A stretch of 64,000 nucleotides of DNA from Rhynchobatus australiae (lineage: Eukaryota): contig JAUZTB010000027.1 of assembly GCA_034780895.1 (NCBI GenBank), positions 33,183,562-33,247,561 on the forward strand, read 5' to 3'. The stretch's first letter is position 1; each line of letters opens with the position of its first letter. Below the pieces are notes generated by a model. That model ran no database searches. It was given only the letters and a program-made list of their open reading frames with translations, and was not told the DNA's origin. Both the position numbers and the translations under genes were made by a program. Positions 50,790-63,664 of this stretch are shown piece by piece.

Positions 50790-52620
50790 CACCACTTAAA
50801 TTGTATTTTGATTCCAGTGTCTAAATCATTAATGTAAATTATGAACAGCAGTGCTCCCAGCACAGATCCTTGTGGATCATCACTTCCTACAAACTCACAC
50901 TCCAAATAGCTACCCTTTGCTCCCACTCTCTGCTTTTTGTCTCGGAGTTAGTTAGCAAACCATTCTGCTACTAGTCCCTTAACTCCACATTCATTCACCT
51001 AATTCATAAGTTTGTTATGGGCTACCTTTATCAAAGGCATTTTGAAACTCTATTTAAATTTATATCTACTGATTCATCTTTTCGAAAGTTCATTAACATC
51101 ATTTAAGGCAAGATTTCCTTTCTGAAATTCATGCTGACTACTCACTATTATCTATTTTTATTTCTAGATTTTCTTCTGTTCTCTATTTTAGTGGGGATTT
51201 CATTTTGTTTCTCACCAGCACCACTATTAAGTGAGCTGGTCTACCGTCATTCTACCCCCTGCTATTTCATTCTTAGGTCCCTTTAAAATGCATTGGTGCA
51301 ATCCAACTGGACCAGGGTTTTTATTCTCTTTCAAGTTTGATTTAACTTTTTTATTATATGCCCTTTTCTCCTTTTAAATACAGTCATTCCATTAGCCACC
51401 TCATTATCCAATGTCACATCCATCTGTTCTATAGCAAATTCATATTTCTGTGAACTCCCTGTCGTTATCTGTGGTTTTGTCCAATTTCTGATTGCCCCTT
51501 TTTATTCATATGTTTGTAAAACATTTTACCATTTTGTTTTGTGCTCTGTGTTAATTTAATATCATCGTTCCTTTTTGTTATCTTAATATTGCTCAACTGA
51601 CTGCTGATATCCAGGTCTTCTTTGCTGTTTGTGTATTTAACGAGTAGCTTCTTCCTTATCTTCAATTGTTCCCTTGTGCCTTTATTCATTCATAGGATCT
51701 TGTAAATGTTCATTTCTTTTCATGGAATATATTTTTCCTCTCCTCTGCAGAACAGTGTTTTAAATGCTTCATGTCACTGTGGCCAATACTCTGCCTATTT
51801 TACCAACCCAAATTCCAATCTTAGTTCCTTAAAATCAGCTCTGTCACACTTGCGTCATTTCCTGTTATCACCTTAAAGTGTGTCATATGCAGTCATTATT
51901 GTTTAGTTGTATTATTTGTATCTGTACTATCTACTCTGGTTCATTTCCCCTTTGCTAAAGGCAATCCTCATTATAGTTTTTTTTGCTTACTGGGTTGGAA
52001 AGAATTCCAGTCTATTTAGTAGGACTTCCATTCCCTTATGACCTATATACCTGTCTCTTCTGTCCAGATAATATCAGAGCAGTTGAAATCCTCCATGATT
52101 ATGTTTCTGTGTTTTTACTTATTTTCCTAATTTGCCTAATCTTCCACTGAAAGGTGGTCTGTAGATTAGAACCTATCAGTGAGATTGATTTTTGTTATTT
52201 TATTTGATCTGTATGGATTCTACTTTTGTCTTCATTGTAAGTTCATCCTTTTCCTGCTGCCACTATGGTATTCCTAATGAGTACTGCTACTCCACCACCC
52301 CCTTTTCCCTCTCTATCTTTTCCACATATATTATACCCTTCAACATGTAATTCCCAGTCCTGATTTCTCTGTAGCCATGTCTCATTAATCCCTACTTTGA
52401 TTTCTCTCAATGCATAATTGCCTCCAGCTGCCCTGTTTTATTATGGATACCTTGTGCATAGCTGTACAGACAGTTTAACTCCTTTTTAATAAGATTTTCT
52501 CCCATTTTATGATTAACCATCTTATTAGACTCATGTTCCATAACTCAATTTGGTCTCTTGCTGTCAGTGTTCTTCCTTACTTTCTTCCTTTATTTTATAT
52601 ACCTGTTTTTATATTTAGGC
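50790..52620 (-). mobile_element. Decayed CR1 LINE (endonuclease to RT)
   Basis: Minus ORF 50699..50926 SDDPQGSVLGALLFIIYINDLDTGIK; tatcaaaggcattttgaaac (reverse FQNAFDK); 51465..51689 KMFYKHMNKK. Confidence 0.8.
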
Positions 52621-53989
52621 TGCTTGCACTTCTTGTAGCCCTTAGCCCTCCTTACGAGTTTAAAGCCTTTGCCACCTTATTTATTTACCCTCTCCAAGGG
52701 CACAAGTCCTGTCAGGTTTCAGGTCGTGCCCTCACCATCAGTGCAGCTCCTCCTGTCCTAGAACCAAAATCAAACAGTTACTGGTGTTGTGTTTGTGAAA
52801 CTTGATGCTCTTGCCCCAGGAAGAATGGAATGGTTAATTCCCAGTGTGAGAGAGACCTGTGAAAGAAACGGTGCTTGTGTCTCTGCAGGCAAAGTTAAGA
52901 CTGCATTGGACAGAAGGAGGCCAGATGGTATGTTTAATTCAGTGCTGAGGAGTTCGGGTTGATGACTCTTTTGAGAAAGCCTGACTGTAATGTTACTCGC
53001 CCACCCACCCTTTCTCTAATTATGAGAGCAATCTCACTTCTACTGCAAAAATCTAGCATTATGCCACAGGAGTTCCATGAAAGCTGTGCTAACACAAAAC
53101 AGGTGGCAAAGACAACTGGGAAATCTTGAGAAATACTACCTACTTCAGATGAGAGTTACACTTGCAAGACTCATGTTTATTTATTAGCTCCCAGATTAAT
53201 TTAAGGTTTCAAGCAAATGACCTTTTATTTCTGTTTTTACTTTCCAACCTTCTGTTAAGTTTGGAGGGGCTGGTTCAGTTAATGGATTTGTCATTTGGAG
53301 TGGGTTTTCCCCAAAACTTTTGTGCAATGCATCTGTTTCTTCATCTACTCCTATGTGGCATTCACCAGCATGGCTGGAAAGGGATGGAGTTCGTTCTGTA
53401 TGATTATTCTGTAAATACCCATTTAAACTTGTGTTATGCATGTGGTTACACTGTGTCCAATTTTCCTCATTGTCTCATGCCCTTCCATCTGGGAAATGGA
53501 ATTAAACTAAAGTCTGCTTTTCACTAGGATGAACACAATGGACCGAATGGTACCTGTGGTTAGATGGGTTCAGATTTTAAATTTTACCGATTAGGTAGGA
53601 ATATATGGTGAGAGTTTGGAGCATTGCCTGAACCTTGATTAATTTTACTGATTCTTAATTATTTACTCTGAATTTTACATTTGGGTATATTATAAAGGGA
53701 TTGTCGAATAGCCATGCTGTGACTGCTATGAGCACAGGATACTATCATGCTAGTTTAACATTGAAACAGTTGTTAATAATTGTGGGTTTTGTCTGTGCTT
53801 TGCAAAATATAAGTGCCTAAGATTAATATTTGAAGTACTAGCAACACACTTGTACCTCTGTGCACATTTTTTTTATTCTCTAAGATCTGAAATAATTGAT
53901 GTTAACATTTAGTTTTGTACTATTACAGCAACATCCACTTACTGATGATAACTTAGTAAGGCACTAGAGAGGAAAGTGAAAGAATATGT

Positions 53990-54870
53990 GGATTCAGTAT
54001 TGCATGAAGGAAATGTTGGTTTTTAGACAGGTGAGCTAAATAGATCAACAGTTTGTGATAAGACTGATTTCTGGGAAGTTCATAGACCAGAGCATATGTT
54101 GGTACCAGAGCTCCATGGGTTTCAAGCGAGTCTTTGACAGTGTATGACCAGAATGGATATGGCTTGTCATGAAGATTTGTGGCATTTTTGAGATACTTGC
54201 CAGACTGATAGAAAACATCTATAACAAGTCCCTGAAGCACTGTTAGGCTGGACAGGAAATTGACAGAATGCTTTAGATCAACAGTTCGAGTGAGACAAGG
54301 AATGCCTGATTTGTTGCTTGCTTTATTTAATCCAGTACTGGAAGCTGTGGAAGAATTTGCAACAGAAAAAAAATCACAATGGAGGATACATGACAAGGTT
54401 TAAAACCGTTTTCAATTTGTTTATGACATTGACCCTCAAGCAACAGATTTGCAGAGACTAACACTGGGTACATTTGAAGAGGGAAAAACATTGGATTACA
54501 GATAAACACACACGAGAAAGGGCATGTCATTAGGGAAGCATTAGGAAGATCTTCATGTTACACTTGGTGACATTGCCATTGAATGACTGGGAAGGTTTGT
54601 ACATATTGGAGGATTAGTGTCAGTAGAGTTGTGAAGAAGTTCCAAAAAAAAGTTGCATTTTAGTTTTTCCAAGATGTGGAGGAATACTTTGAAGATATTT
54701 TGGTTAAAAGCACAGAGGAAGAGTTTGTGAAATGATGGTTATCTCCATTAAATCACACGGATTCCACTATTTGAACAGAGTTAAAACTGGCAATCAGAAG
54801 ATAGAAGCCATGAAATGAGTTGCTTAATGGTAAGCAACGGAAGGCGAAGAATCAAGAACGATACAAGGAA
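53990..54870 (+). mobile_element. Decayed RTE-clade LINE RT fragment
   Basis: IENIYNKS..VRLDRKLTECFRSTVRVRQG and agatttgcagag (RFAD-like) blocks. Confidence 0.6.
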
Positions 54871-54929
54871 TGCTGCTTCTCTGCAAGTCTCAAGCAAAAT
54901 GTCTTTGGTTCAAAAAGCAACAATACAGA

Positions 54930-55262
54930 GGTCTGGTCATCTAGAGACATGAATTCAAATTCCACCGTGACAACTGAGGATATTTAAGTTAATTCATTAA
55001 ATAACCCAGAATATCCAAAACTACTGGGATTGTTGTAAAAACCTAGCTGGTCTGCTAATCTGCCATCCTTGGGTATATGACTGCAGACATAGATTGTTGA
55101 CTGTGAAGTGACCTAGCAGACCACTCAGTTATACCAAACCACTTTAACTTTTACTACCTGTCTGCAAAGTGATTTGCTACCTAAGTGATTTGCTACCAAA
55201 TTACCTACAGTAGTTAGGCGATGGTCATTAAATACTAGTCTTGTTATTGACACCAACATTCC
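54930..55262 (+). mobile_element. Chondrichthyan tRNA-derived SINE
   Basis: ctagagacatgaattcaaattccaccgtg (B-box-like)..ggattgttgtaaaaacctagctgg..gacctagcagaccactcagtt. Confidence 0.7.
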
Positions 55263-58200
55263 ATTTAAAAAAAGCCTCCTTAAAAAAACTCCACAAAAAA
55301 TGGTATTTTAAGTTCCTCAGTTTAGCCTATCAACATCAAGATTTCTGGTTTTCTAGGCTGGCATGCCTGATAAGTAATCCATTGTTCACCCAAGTTGAAG
55401 TTCTGGCTATTATGTTGTGGGTAAGCTGCATTCATGTTAGCTGAAAAAGTTGATTGGAAATGATCATTTATCACAATGATCATTCCTAGCATTCAACTTT
55501 TGTCTTGATCACCACGTGGCCTCATTGGAATAAAAATCACAGTGTTTGTGGTTCAGGAAAACCCTATAGCCAAACAATAATTCATAGCAGTAAAAGATTA
55601 GATTGCACAATGAATATGTTTTAAAAACCTCCATCCTGTTTCAAGATCCCGAAGCAAGATGGGTGTATGTTCACATCCTAACACCTTACTTAGTCACCCA
55701 GATTCTTCTAATTTGCCTCTGTGCGCAGCAATGTGTATTCAATAAATCTTGGTGTACATTTGCTGTTGGATAATTGGAGCACATGCCAGTGAAGAAGATT
55801 GGAGCACATTGCACTAAAGTGTAAGGCAGATGTAACCAATATTACCACTGCAGGAAATATCAAGCCAATGATAGATTACACTTGTGTCCATGTGCACTGA
55901 TCTGATGTCCTTTCAAGTTCTTGGGAAACTGCCTAAAGTTTGTGTGCTGCCTGGCAATTGCTGATGGTGTTTGAGTCCCTTTGTAATTATTTTATGTTGA
56001 GTTGAAATGAAGACAGTGACCTAAATGTTAATGTATTTGTTAAAACTGCATTATGTGGAATGATATTTTGAATCTCATCAACACTGAATGGGGATCATGC
56101 TATTCCTCAGATATTATTGGAATTATTTCACTTTACAATATCTTCCCTAGCTGTAAATGATTTTTTATACACATGTATGAGATACTTTTATGGATACTTG
56201 TAGGAAATTCTTGCTTATAAATGTATTTTTGAAATTACTTTTGTTTTGGGTATTGGGTGTTAATTGGATCAATTTTCATAGCAGATCCCTAAACTCTATT
56301 GAGCATAGATCATTAAAATTATTCAACCTTTATTTTGAGGTAAAATTTGCTTACTTTAATTGTAGTTTATGTTGGTATACATTTTGCTGACACTTTTCAC
56401 ATCCTTTCAGAATTACTCAGGGCAAAAATTACACCATTCGTTTGATAGAACCTAGTCATTGCATCCACATGTGATGCACAAACATTGTGACATAAAATCT
56501 CAAAGTTGAGTAGATAAGCAATTTTCAGAACTGTATTATCAGTTCTGTGATATTGGAAGAGCCATATTGTAGAGAATTTGATATTTGTGAGTGAAGTACC
56601 AATGTATGCTTGTATCAGAGTTGTGCTGTGTTGAACTTGGTTGGGGGGATGCAATATGATAAAACTACAATTACAGATGCATGAAGAATTAGTCATTGTC
56701 AAGTTACAGTGTAGAAGCCGCTATTCTCCAGAAATCAGCACTGAGCCAGATGTTTGCATCTGCTTGAAAAAAAGATTCATGAATTATTTTAGTTTATTCT
56801 TATTATACATTTGAACAGTTTTAAGTACAGTATGGGGAAAAGACCATTGTGAGCTGGCCACAACTCATAATTGGCATTGTTCAGTAAAGTCTTTCTGAAT
56901 TATTTGGAAATTTTTGAAATTCAGTAAAAGGTGGTGATGCTTCAGGTGGACATGCTGTTGAATACTCACAAATGTCACAGAAGTGTTGTAGGTTTGTCTG
57001 AATCTTGATTCAGAGAGATTATAATTTATGGAATTCCCAACACTGTGTCTCCTCACTGAGGACTAATACATGCTTGCTTGAGTTATTCCACTTAATGGAC
57101 CTCCTGTAATTGGCATTTGGTGGATGATTTAGGGTTTGTCTTACCCAATTACACTAGACATTTTCTTAAAAGTAAATATTTTTGTGCAAGTAAATTGCAT
57201 AGTTTTCCGTTTCCATGGAGAAGCCCTGTTTATAAATATACCTTGTGGTGTCACACTTTTATTTCAGATTTAAGAAATGGGGAAATCAGATCACTCTTTT
57301 ACAGCATATTTCTAAAATTCTATTAAGTTCAGATCATCATTATTCATTCTTTATTTCTCTCCTTATTCTTCAACACAAAGGAGAAAGTTGTGGTTGAGTG
57401 GCCATTTTCTGGGTCTTTGCCAATGTTGCTCCCCTTTACAATGCAGAGAACTGTGGCAGTCACCCAAAGGAGTCTTTGTAGGATTTGTGATTTTGCTGTC
57501 TTCTCCACCATATTTCAAGTAGGAACCCAGCACCAAGTTGCTTCCCACAGACACAGCTGTACTGCCAATTTAGTGTCAAGGGCATTCAAACATGAACCAC
57601 CATAGCCAACCTTATTTTAAACTATTAGTGAGTGTTTCCCTGTGGAGAATTGTGTCTAGCCTAGCCCTGGCCTCAGACACCTACTGCCTTTTAAGATTAC
57701 ATACCACTCAGAGCAAAAAATTGCAGTGCGTGGTATTTTGGTAACAGACTCTCAATTATTTTAAGCTTGCAATGCAGCAGCTTTTTAACATGTTGGACAC
57801 TGTGGCTGCTGTTATTGGTCTGGTTTTGTTCTGAATTTGTCATCAAAATAGCTCTGATTTATGTTTTCCACAACAAAAAATTGAATGGTTTGTTTAATTC
57901 CCTAATAAGAGAAGCAAAGTTTTGCAGTTACGTAACACCAGCCAAGATCCCCAGATGTGTCTATGCAATGAAAATGTCTCGTACAACATTAGTTCCGAAA
58001 TTACAAATGTAGTANNNNNNNNNNNNNNNNNNNNNNNNNNNNNNNNNNNNNNNNNNNNNNNNNNNNNNNNNNNNNNNNNNNNNNNNNNNNNNNNNNNNNN
58101 NNNNNNNNNNNNNNTACAAATGTAGTAGAAACCTTTTCTGCCAGTTACTGATAATGCACAAAAGTTTTCTTAAAACTCCTCCAGTGTGTTTTTTTTCTGT

Positions 58201-58341
58201 GCAACATTTTTTCTCTATGGTTGTTTACATCGTGCAGAAGATTGAAAATACTGCTTCAAGACTTATTTGATTTTAATCCCACAACTACAGATAGTGAACT
58301 TGATCTGAACAATTCACTTAAATGTAAATTGACTTTTGAAG

Positions 58342-58530
58342 TAAAACAGAAAATGCTGAAAACACTCAGCAGGTCAGGTGGCATCTGTGGAAAGAAAAAC
58401 ACAGTTAACATTTCGGGTCTCATATCTGAAACATTAACTCTATTTCTCATTTCACAGTTGCTGCATGACCTGCTGAGTGCTTCCAGCATTTTCTGTTTTC
58501 CTTTTGGATTTTTAGCATTTGCAATTTATT
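58342..58530. repeat. Penelope-derived palindromic element
   Basis: aaaacagaaaatgctgaaaacactcagcaggtcagg..gttaacatttc / gaaacattaac..tgacctgctgagtgcttccagcattttctgtttt, a near-complete hairpin. Confidence 0.8.
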
Positions 58531-59117
58531 TAATTTTCATAGGCTAATTTTTATGCAGGTGATAAAATCCTCAAATTGTTTGTATACACTGACTTTTAAC
58601 TACTCCACCAACTATTCATGCCACCTGGAAAAGCAAATTAAATTCAGATTAATCTCCATGCAATGAATTGATTGATCTAAACTTAAAGTAATGCAATTAA
58701 TTGTGCCAATAACTCCATAACTTGCCTCTGCTAGGTTAACCCTTCCACCCTAAAGGAGCATAAAACTTTACTTGTGGAATCTTATTTTTGTCTGATTTTA
58801 TATTTCTAATAATGTTAGGTAAATTAATTTAGAATAAATTTAGCTTGTCTTGCCTCTGGAGTTTTTATATGAATGTTCTGTTGTTATTTAATTAAGCAAT
58901 TGCTGGCTGCATCTGGTTGGCCTTCATCAGTTCCTCGCACTGTCTTTCCTAAATGCATTTTAAATCTTCATACTTCATTTAGGACGCTCAAAGCAATCAA
59001 CGTATTCATATGGAACACTGTAGAGAGTGGGTTGGTCTTCATTAATTACCATTTGCAGTAGCACTGAGTCTTGAAAACATGTAGTCATTGAGGAGGTGTC
59101 AGAACTAGTGAGGTGAA

Positions 59118-59990
59118 GTATTGGAGTGTAAGGTGTCTGATATTGGGGTGACCTTGGTTCTGGGGTGCAGGCAATCTAGATTGAATAGCTTCCCATTGAT
59201 AGGTTAGACTATCCCCTCTCAGTTGGAAGCTCATTCAAGGTGCAGTGCAGCATTGCCACAAAGATAATTGAGTAAAGGGTCAGGACAATGGTGCAGTTTT
59301 GCATGACACCATTCTGGACTGGGATTTGATTTCTTGTGAACTTCCATGTCATCAAGTAGCTGGTGTAAGATGAAGATGAAGTTCTGAGGAAATTTGAGAA
59401 GGATACTTCACTCTTGCTCTGAATTGACAGTCAATGGCTTAATAACTTCAAAAAGGTCATGTAGAATAATTGATGCTGCATTTTTCCTGGAGTTGATGCA
59501 TGATGGAGATCACATCTATTGTGTCTCAGAATGGATGGAATCCACAATGATTGGAGCAGAAGTCTTTGGCCAATTTGGAGGAAATTGATGAGAACCTGGT
59601 GATGATGATCCCTGTGGTATGCAGCAGGGAGACCCCTGTGTATTAACTACAATTGGATTTGTTTACTGTCTTGAAGATGATCATGATTATAGCATCTCTG
59701 ATATCTCCTGCAACATCCTCTTCCAAGATGTTGGAGATGAACTTATTAAGTTCCTCTCTGTCAAGTTTCAGAACTTAATCAGGGAGACCATCTACTTCCA
59801 AGTCTGGCTTCATAAGTCTAGCTCCATTCTTGATTCTCAATGAGGTTGGCCCTTGGGTTGTTAATGGCTGAGGAAGCAATGCATGTCAAGGCTATCAGCA
59901 AGATGCTGGACCTTGTGTGCACATTCCATCCACTATCTGTTCTTCAGTTCACAGGTTTCCTGTTGGACTTTGGCCTTCGGGTACCTGTAT
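59118..59990 (-). mobile_element. RTE-clade LINE, inverted 5' segment
   Basis: Minus translation: YRYPKAKVQQETCELKNR*WMECAHKVQHLADS ... IPVQNGVMQNCTIVLTLYSIIFVAMLH ... NGKLFNLDCLHPRTKVTP..LQY, matching RTE motifs (GVKQGCVIAPTLFSIF, GKLFNLRRL..KTKV..ELQY). Confidence 0.85.
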
Positions 59991-60889
59991 CCAGTTCTCC
60001 AAGTCATTATTGACCTATTCACTGAAGCATGTGGGGAAAAAATGGGCATCACACAACATCCATAAAACACTCTACCAACTTGTAAAACACTACACTCTGA
60101 AATAAAGGTCCATGATGAGATCCTGAAAATATTGATCAATTCCCATATTTCAGGAGCCACTTCTCAACAAAGGCAGACATTGATGATAAAATTCACTGTT
60201 GCCTTCAATGCACCACCATAATTCTTTAGCCACCTGAGGGAAAAAGTGTTCAAAAATTAATACCTCAAAGTTGGAACAAAACCCACGGTCTCCCAGGCAG
60301 CAGTGATCCCTGACCTCTTGATTTGGAGCACCTGCAACTAAGCACCTCCAAAGTACTGAAGAACGCTACCAATGCTGAATCCATTAGATATTCCAATCAA
60401 CTGGCAGGAGAAGTTAAGCAATGTTATTGTGCTCTTCCAGGCTAACACCTCAAGCACTGAGGCTCCGATAGGCATGCTTAATCATTTGTACGTGCAATAC
60501 CAGGTGCCAGAAATGAAGACTCTTTTCCTAACTAAGTCATGCCAAGAATGACAGAGGAAATGAATCAAACCTATTCTCAAAGCCTCTTTGGAAAAAGTAT
60601 AACAACTGCACTAACTTTGCCCCATGACCACTAAAATTGCAAAAGGAGCACATGGAATGGCATTGAGAATAAAGAGTCAATTTGTCTGGAGAAGACGGAA
60701 GCCCATTGTAAGCAATGAAAGGAGCGCGTTACCTCGCAAACTACCCAGATGTACACAGCACCAAGCACCTACTGCCCCACCTGTGGCAATTCTGTGGTCC
60801 CACATTGGACACATCAGTCACTTCTGAACTTGCAGGATTGTAGTTGGAAGCAAGTTATCTTCCAATATGAGAGACTGGGAAGAAGAAAG
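59991..60889 (+). mobile_element. RTE-clade LINE, forward 3' segment with (AAG)n tail
   Basis: LQVIIDLFTEACGEKMG (the post-YADD block), ttcccatatttcaggagccac (FPYLGS), C-terminal C2H2-like CPTCG..SHIGHISH, and tail ggaagcaagt..gactgggaagaagaaag. Confidence 0.85.
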
Positions 60890-60984
60890 TGTATGATATA
60901 ATGTCTCGTTTCTGCTTTTGTCAAACTGATCCACAAACAAATTGCAACAGTAATCTGGTAGTGCAAGGCAGTAGGAGAAGATAA

Positions 60985-61100
60985 CAGGGCAAGTTAAGAA
61001 ACAGGAAATTAGGACTAGCTGGGTGGGCACCACGGTCAGCATGGACTGGTTGAGACGAAGGGCCCACATCTGTGCTGTATTGCTGTATGACTCAATGACT
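60985..61100 (+). mobile_element. CR1/HE1 3' tail fragment
   Basis: ggcaccacggtcagcatggactggttgagacgaagggccc..tgtgctgtattgctgtatgactcaatgact. Confidence 0.7.
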
Positions 61101-63369
61101 AAGTGGAGAGGTGAGGAAAAAAAAATCAGCAGATGCTGGAAATCTGAAATATTTCCAGGAGATTTTGTGTGTTTTCTTCTATGATGGCTAATGCAAATAC
61201 TTCATTTCTTTGCCATTTCTCCTCTGCAGAACTCTGAAATTTTTGCCAATCCATAGATTGGATTTGTTACTGCCTTTTACTTCTCTTGATAGTCCAGCAG
61301 GACATTTTTCTTGCTGGGATTTTTTTTACCCAAGAATATTTGATGTTAATGTATTAATCTGATGTTAGTAGTAATATGAATTCATCTTGGACAATCCAGG
61401 CCAGCATGAGGTTGGTTCCCTTGAGACTGAAAGAGGAGATGTTAAGCTCGAGCCAGCGTGGATCCCTCTTGAACCTGCAGGGAAGAGGCAGGAACCCCAC
61501 CTACATGTTCTCATTTACAGAAACAAGAGTTTCTGTTGCTAATTTTCACAAAGAGTTTGGTTGGAATAAGTGATTGGACAACACTTCTGTCCCCTTCAGA
61601 CCAGTCAGGCAAAACTAATCATATCTTCAAGTCTTACGCCAATACTGTTGTTCTCAATCATCTGATGAACATATATTGCAGCAACTGCTGGCCTTGGCTA
61701 TCAGTGAAAGCACATTTTTTCCANNNNNNNNNNNNNNNNNNNNNNNNNNNNNNNNNNNNNNNNNNNNNNNNNNNNNNNNNNNNNNNNNNNNNNNNNNNNN
61801 NNNNNNNNNNNNNNNNNNNNNNNNNNNNNNNNNNNNNNNNNNNNNNNNNNCACATTCTTCCAACTTTTCCCCTTTCTCATCCATAATATGTGTGCCTTTT
61901 TTATGTGCTGTATAGGCTTCCTATGGCCCAAAACCTTTACAAAGTCTCTTGAAGACCTGTACTCAAATCCTGATCCTGTATTCAACATTTTGTTTGTTCT
62001 TATAATTGTTTCATCACACATATATTGAGAGTGGCATATCACCGTCAGTGTCCCCTAGTAGACTTTCTACAATTAATGTCTTTTTCAAACACTAATTTTT
62101 GAACAATGTGCAATACATTTAATTTGTCATTTCTGTGCTCAATTTCACAAATTTTCTTGTAGATCCTCAACTGTATCTTTTTTTGTTGATGTCATTTTAC
62201 TAGTTCTGTCTACAGGTATAATCATCAGCCTGGATCAGTTTCATAAATTAGAACAAGCACTGAACTCTCCAGGACTCTGAACCAAACCTCCTTATCACCA
62301 CCATAACCCACACCTCTACTGACTGAAGTAGTTATCGTACTTGGATTTAATTTGCCCATTTCTTTTTCTCCACCTTAACATCCAGAGCCATATTCCACCT
62401 TGAAGTTCTGATGATTTTCAGTTGATCTATGTTTCTTACTTTGACCAAAAGCTTTTGAAACTCAAAATAAATTATATAAGTGAATGCTTCATAATCTAGC
62501 ATCACACTCTGGAAAAATAGAGGAAGTTTTATAAAGCTTTTTTTTTCCTTTTCTGACTCCGTACTAGCTGTAGATATTGTGAAGAAGACTCAGTAAGTAT
62601 AAAGATGTGATTGTTTTTACCAGTTGCAAAAATGACAGACTTTATGGATAAAGTGCCAGCAATTTATAACTACTGAAGACTTAAGTCTACCAATCATTAA
62701 ACTACCTATTGGACCTGATTTGATGCTGGTTAATTCATATCTTGACTACTACTCTCCAGTTTTCATGCATTGTTGAGTATTTGCGACGTGAGCAGTTCTG
62801 GAAAGATAGGAGGCAGGGTGACATTTGTAAAGAAACCTTAAATCAGAGCACTTTACTGATGGGGCATGGATTTTTACTGTAGAGCGAACTTGTTCACGTT
62901 CACACTGCTTATTTAAAGTGCATCTTAACAGTTTGTCTTTTATGTTCATTTTTCTATGTTTTTCAATTAATCCCCACACTTTTGTACTGATTTATCATTT
63001 ATCTTCACCTTCCACACTATTGTATATTCAATTTATGGAATACTGTTCAACTATGTGATTATTGAACAGTGGGCTGGGCAGGAAGGGTACGAATTAGGGT
63101 CCTGGAGAGTTCAGTGCTTGAGACCTCAGTTCTAATTTCTCAAACTGATCCAGGCTGATGCTTTTTTATAAGCTTGTTATATCAGCAGACAGAACTTATT
63201 TATGACATCAACAGAATAATGTACGAACTGTTAACAGGAGTGTGAGGAGAATGATTTCCAGTTCAGTTAAAGGTCTGTTAATGCTGTGCCTACCTGACTG
63301 ACAACTGCAGAATTGATTGTAATTGGGCCATTTACTTGAGTTTGTTGCCTGGTTCAAACTTTGCCTCCC

Positions 63370-63662
63370 AGAGAGAGACTTGCAAAAAGCACCTTTAGGA
63401 AGTCCTAAAACACCTTCCAACCGACGAAGTACTTTGAACTGTTGTTGTTGCTGTCCCGCAAAAAGACAACTGACAAATGGCGAACACCAAGATCCCACAA
63501 ACAGCAGTGTAGTTATAACAATGTAATCTGTAATTAAGGACCAAATACTGACCAGATCAGTGCAATAACATTTATACCAGTCATCAGAAAGCACCAGGGT
63601 GATCTTTTGGATCCACCTGAAAGGGTAAAATGGGCCTCAGTTTACGATGAGCGTTAAAGACT
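63370..63662 (-). mobile_element. Deu-domain SINE (SacSINE1/AmnSINE1-like)
   Basis: gaagtactttgaa..caagatcccacaaacagca..taatctg..gatcttttggatccacctgaaaggg..gggcctcagtttacg matches the reverse complement of the recalled Deu-SINE body and 3' tail. Confidence 0.7.
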
Positions 63663-63664
63663 GT

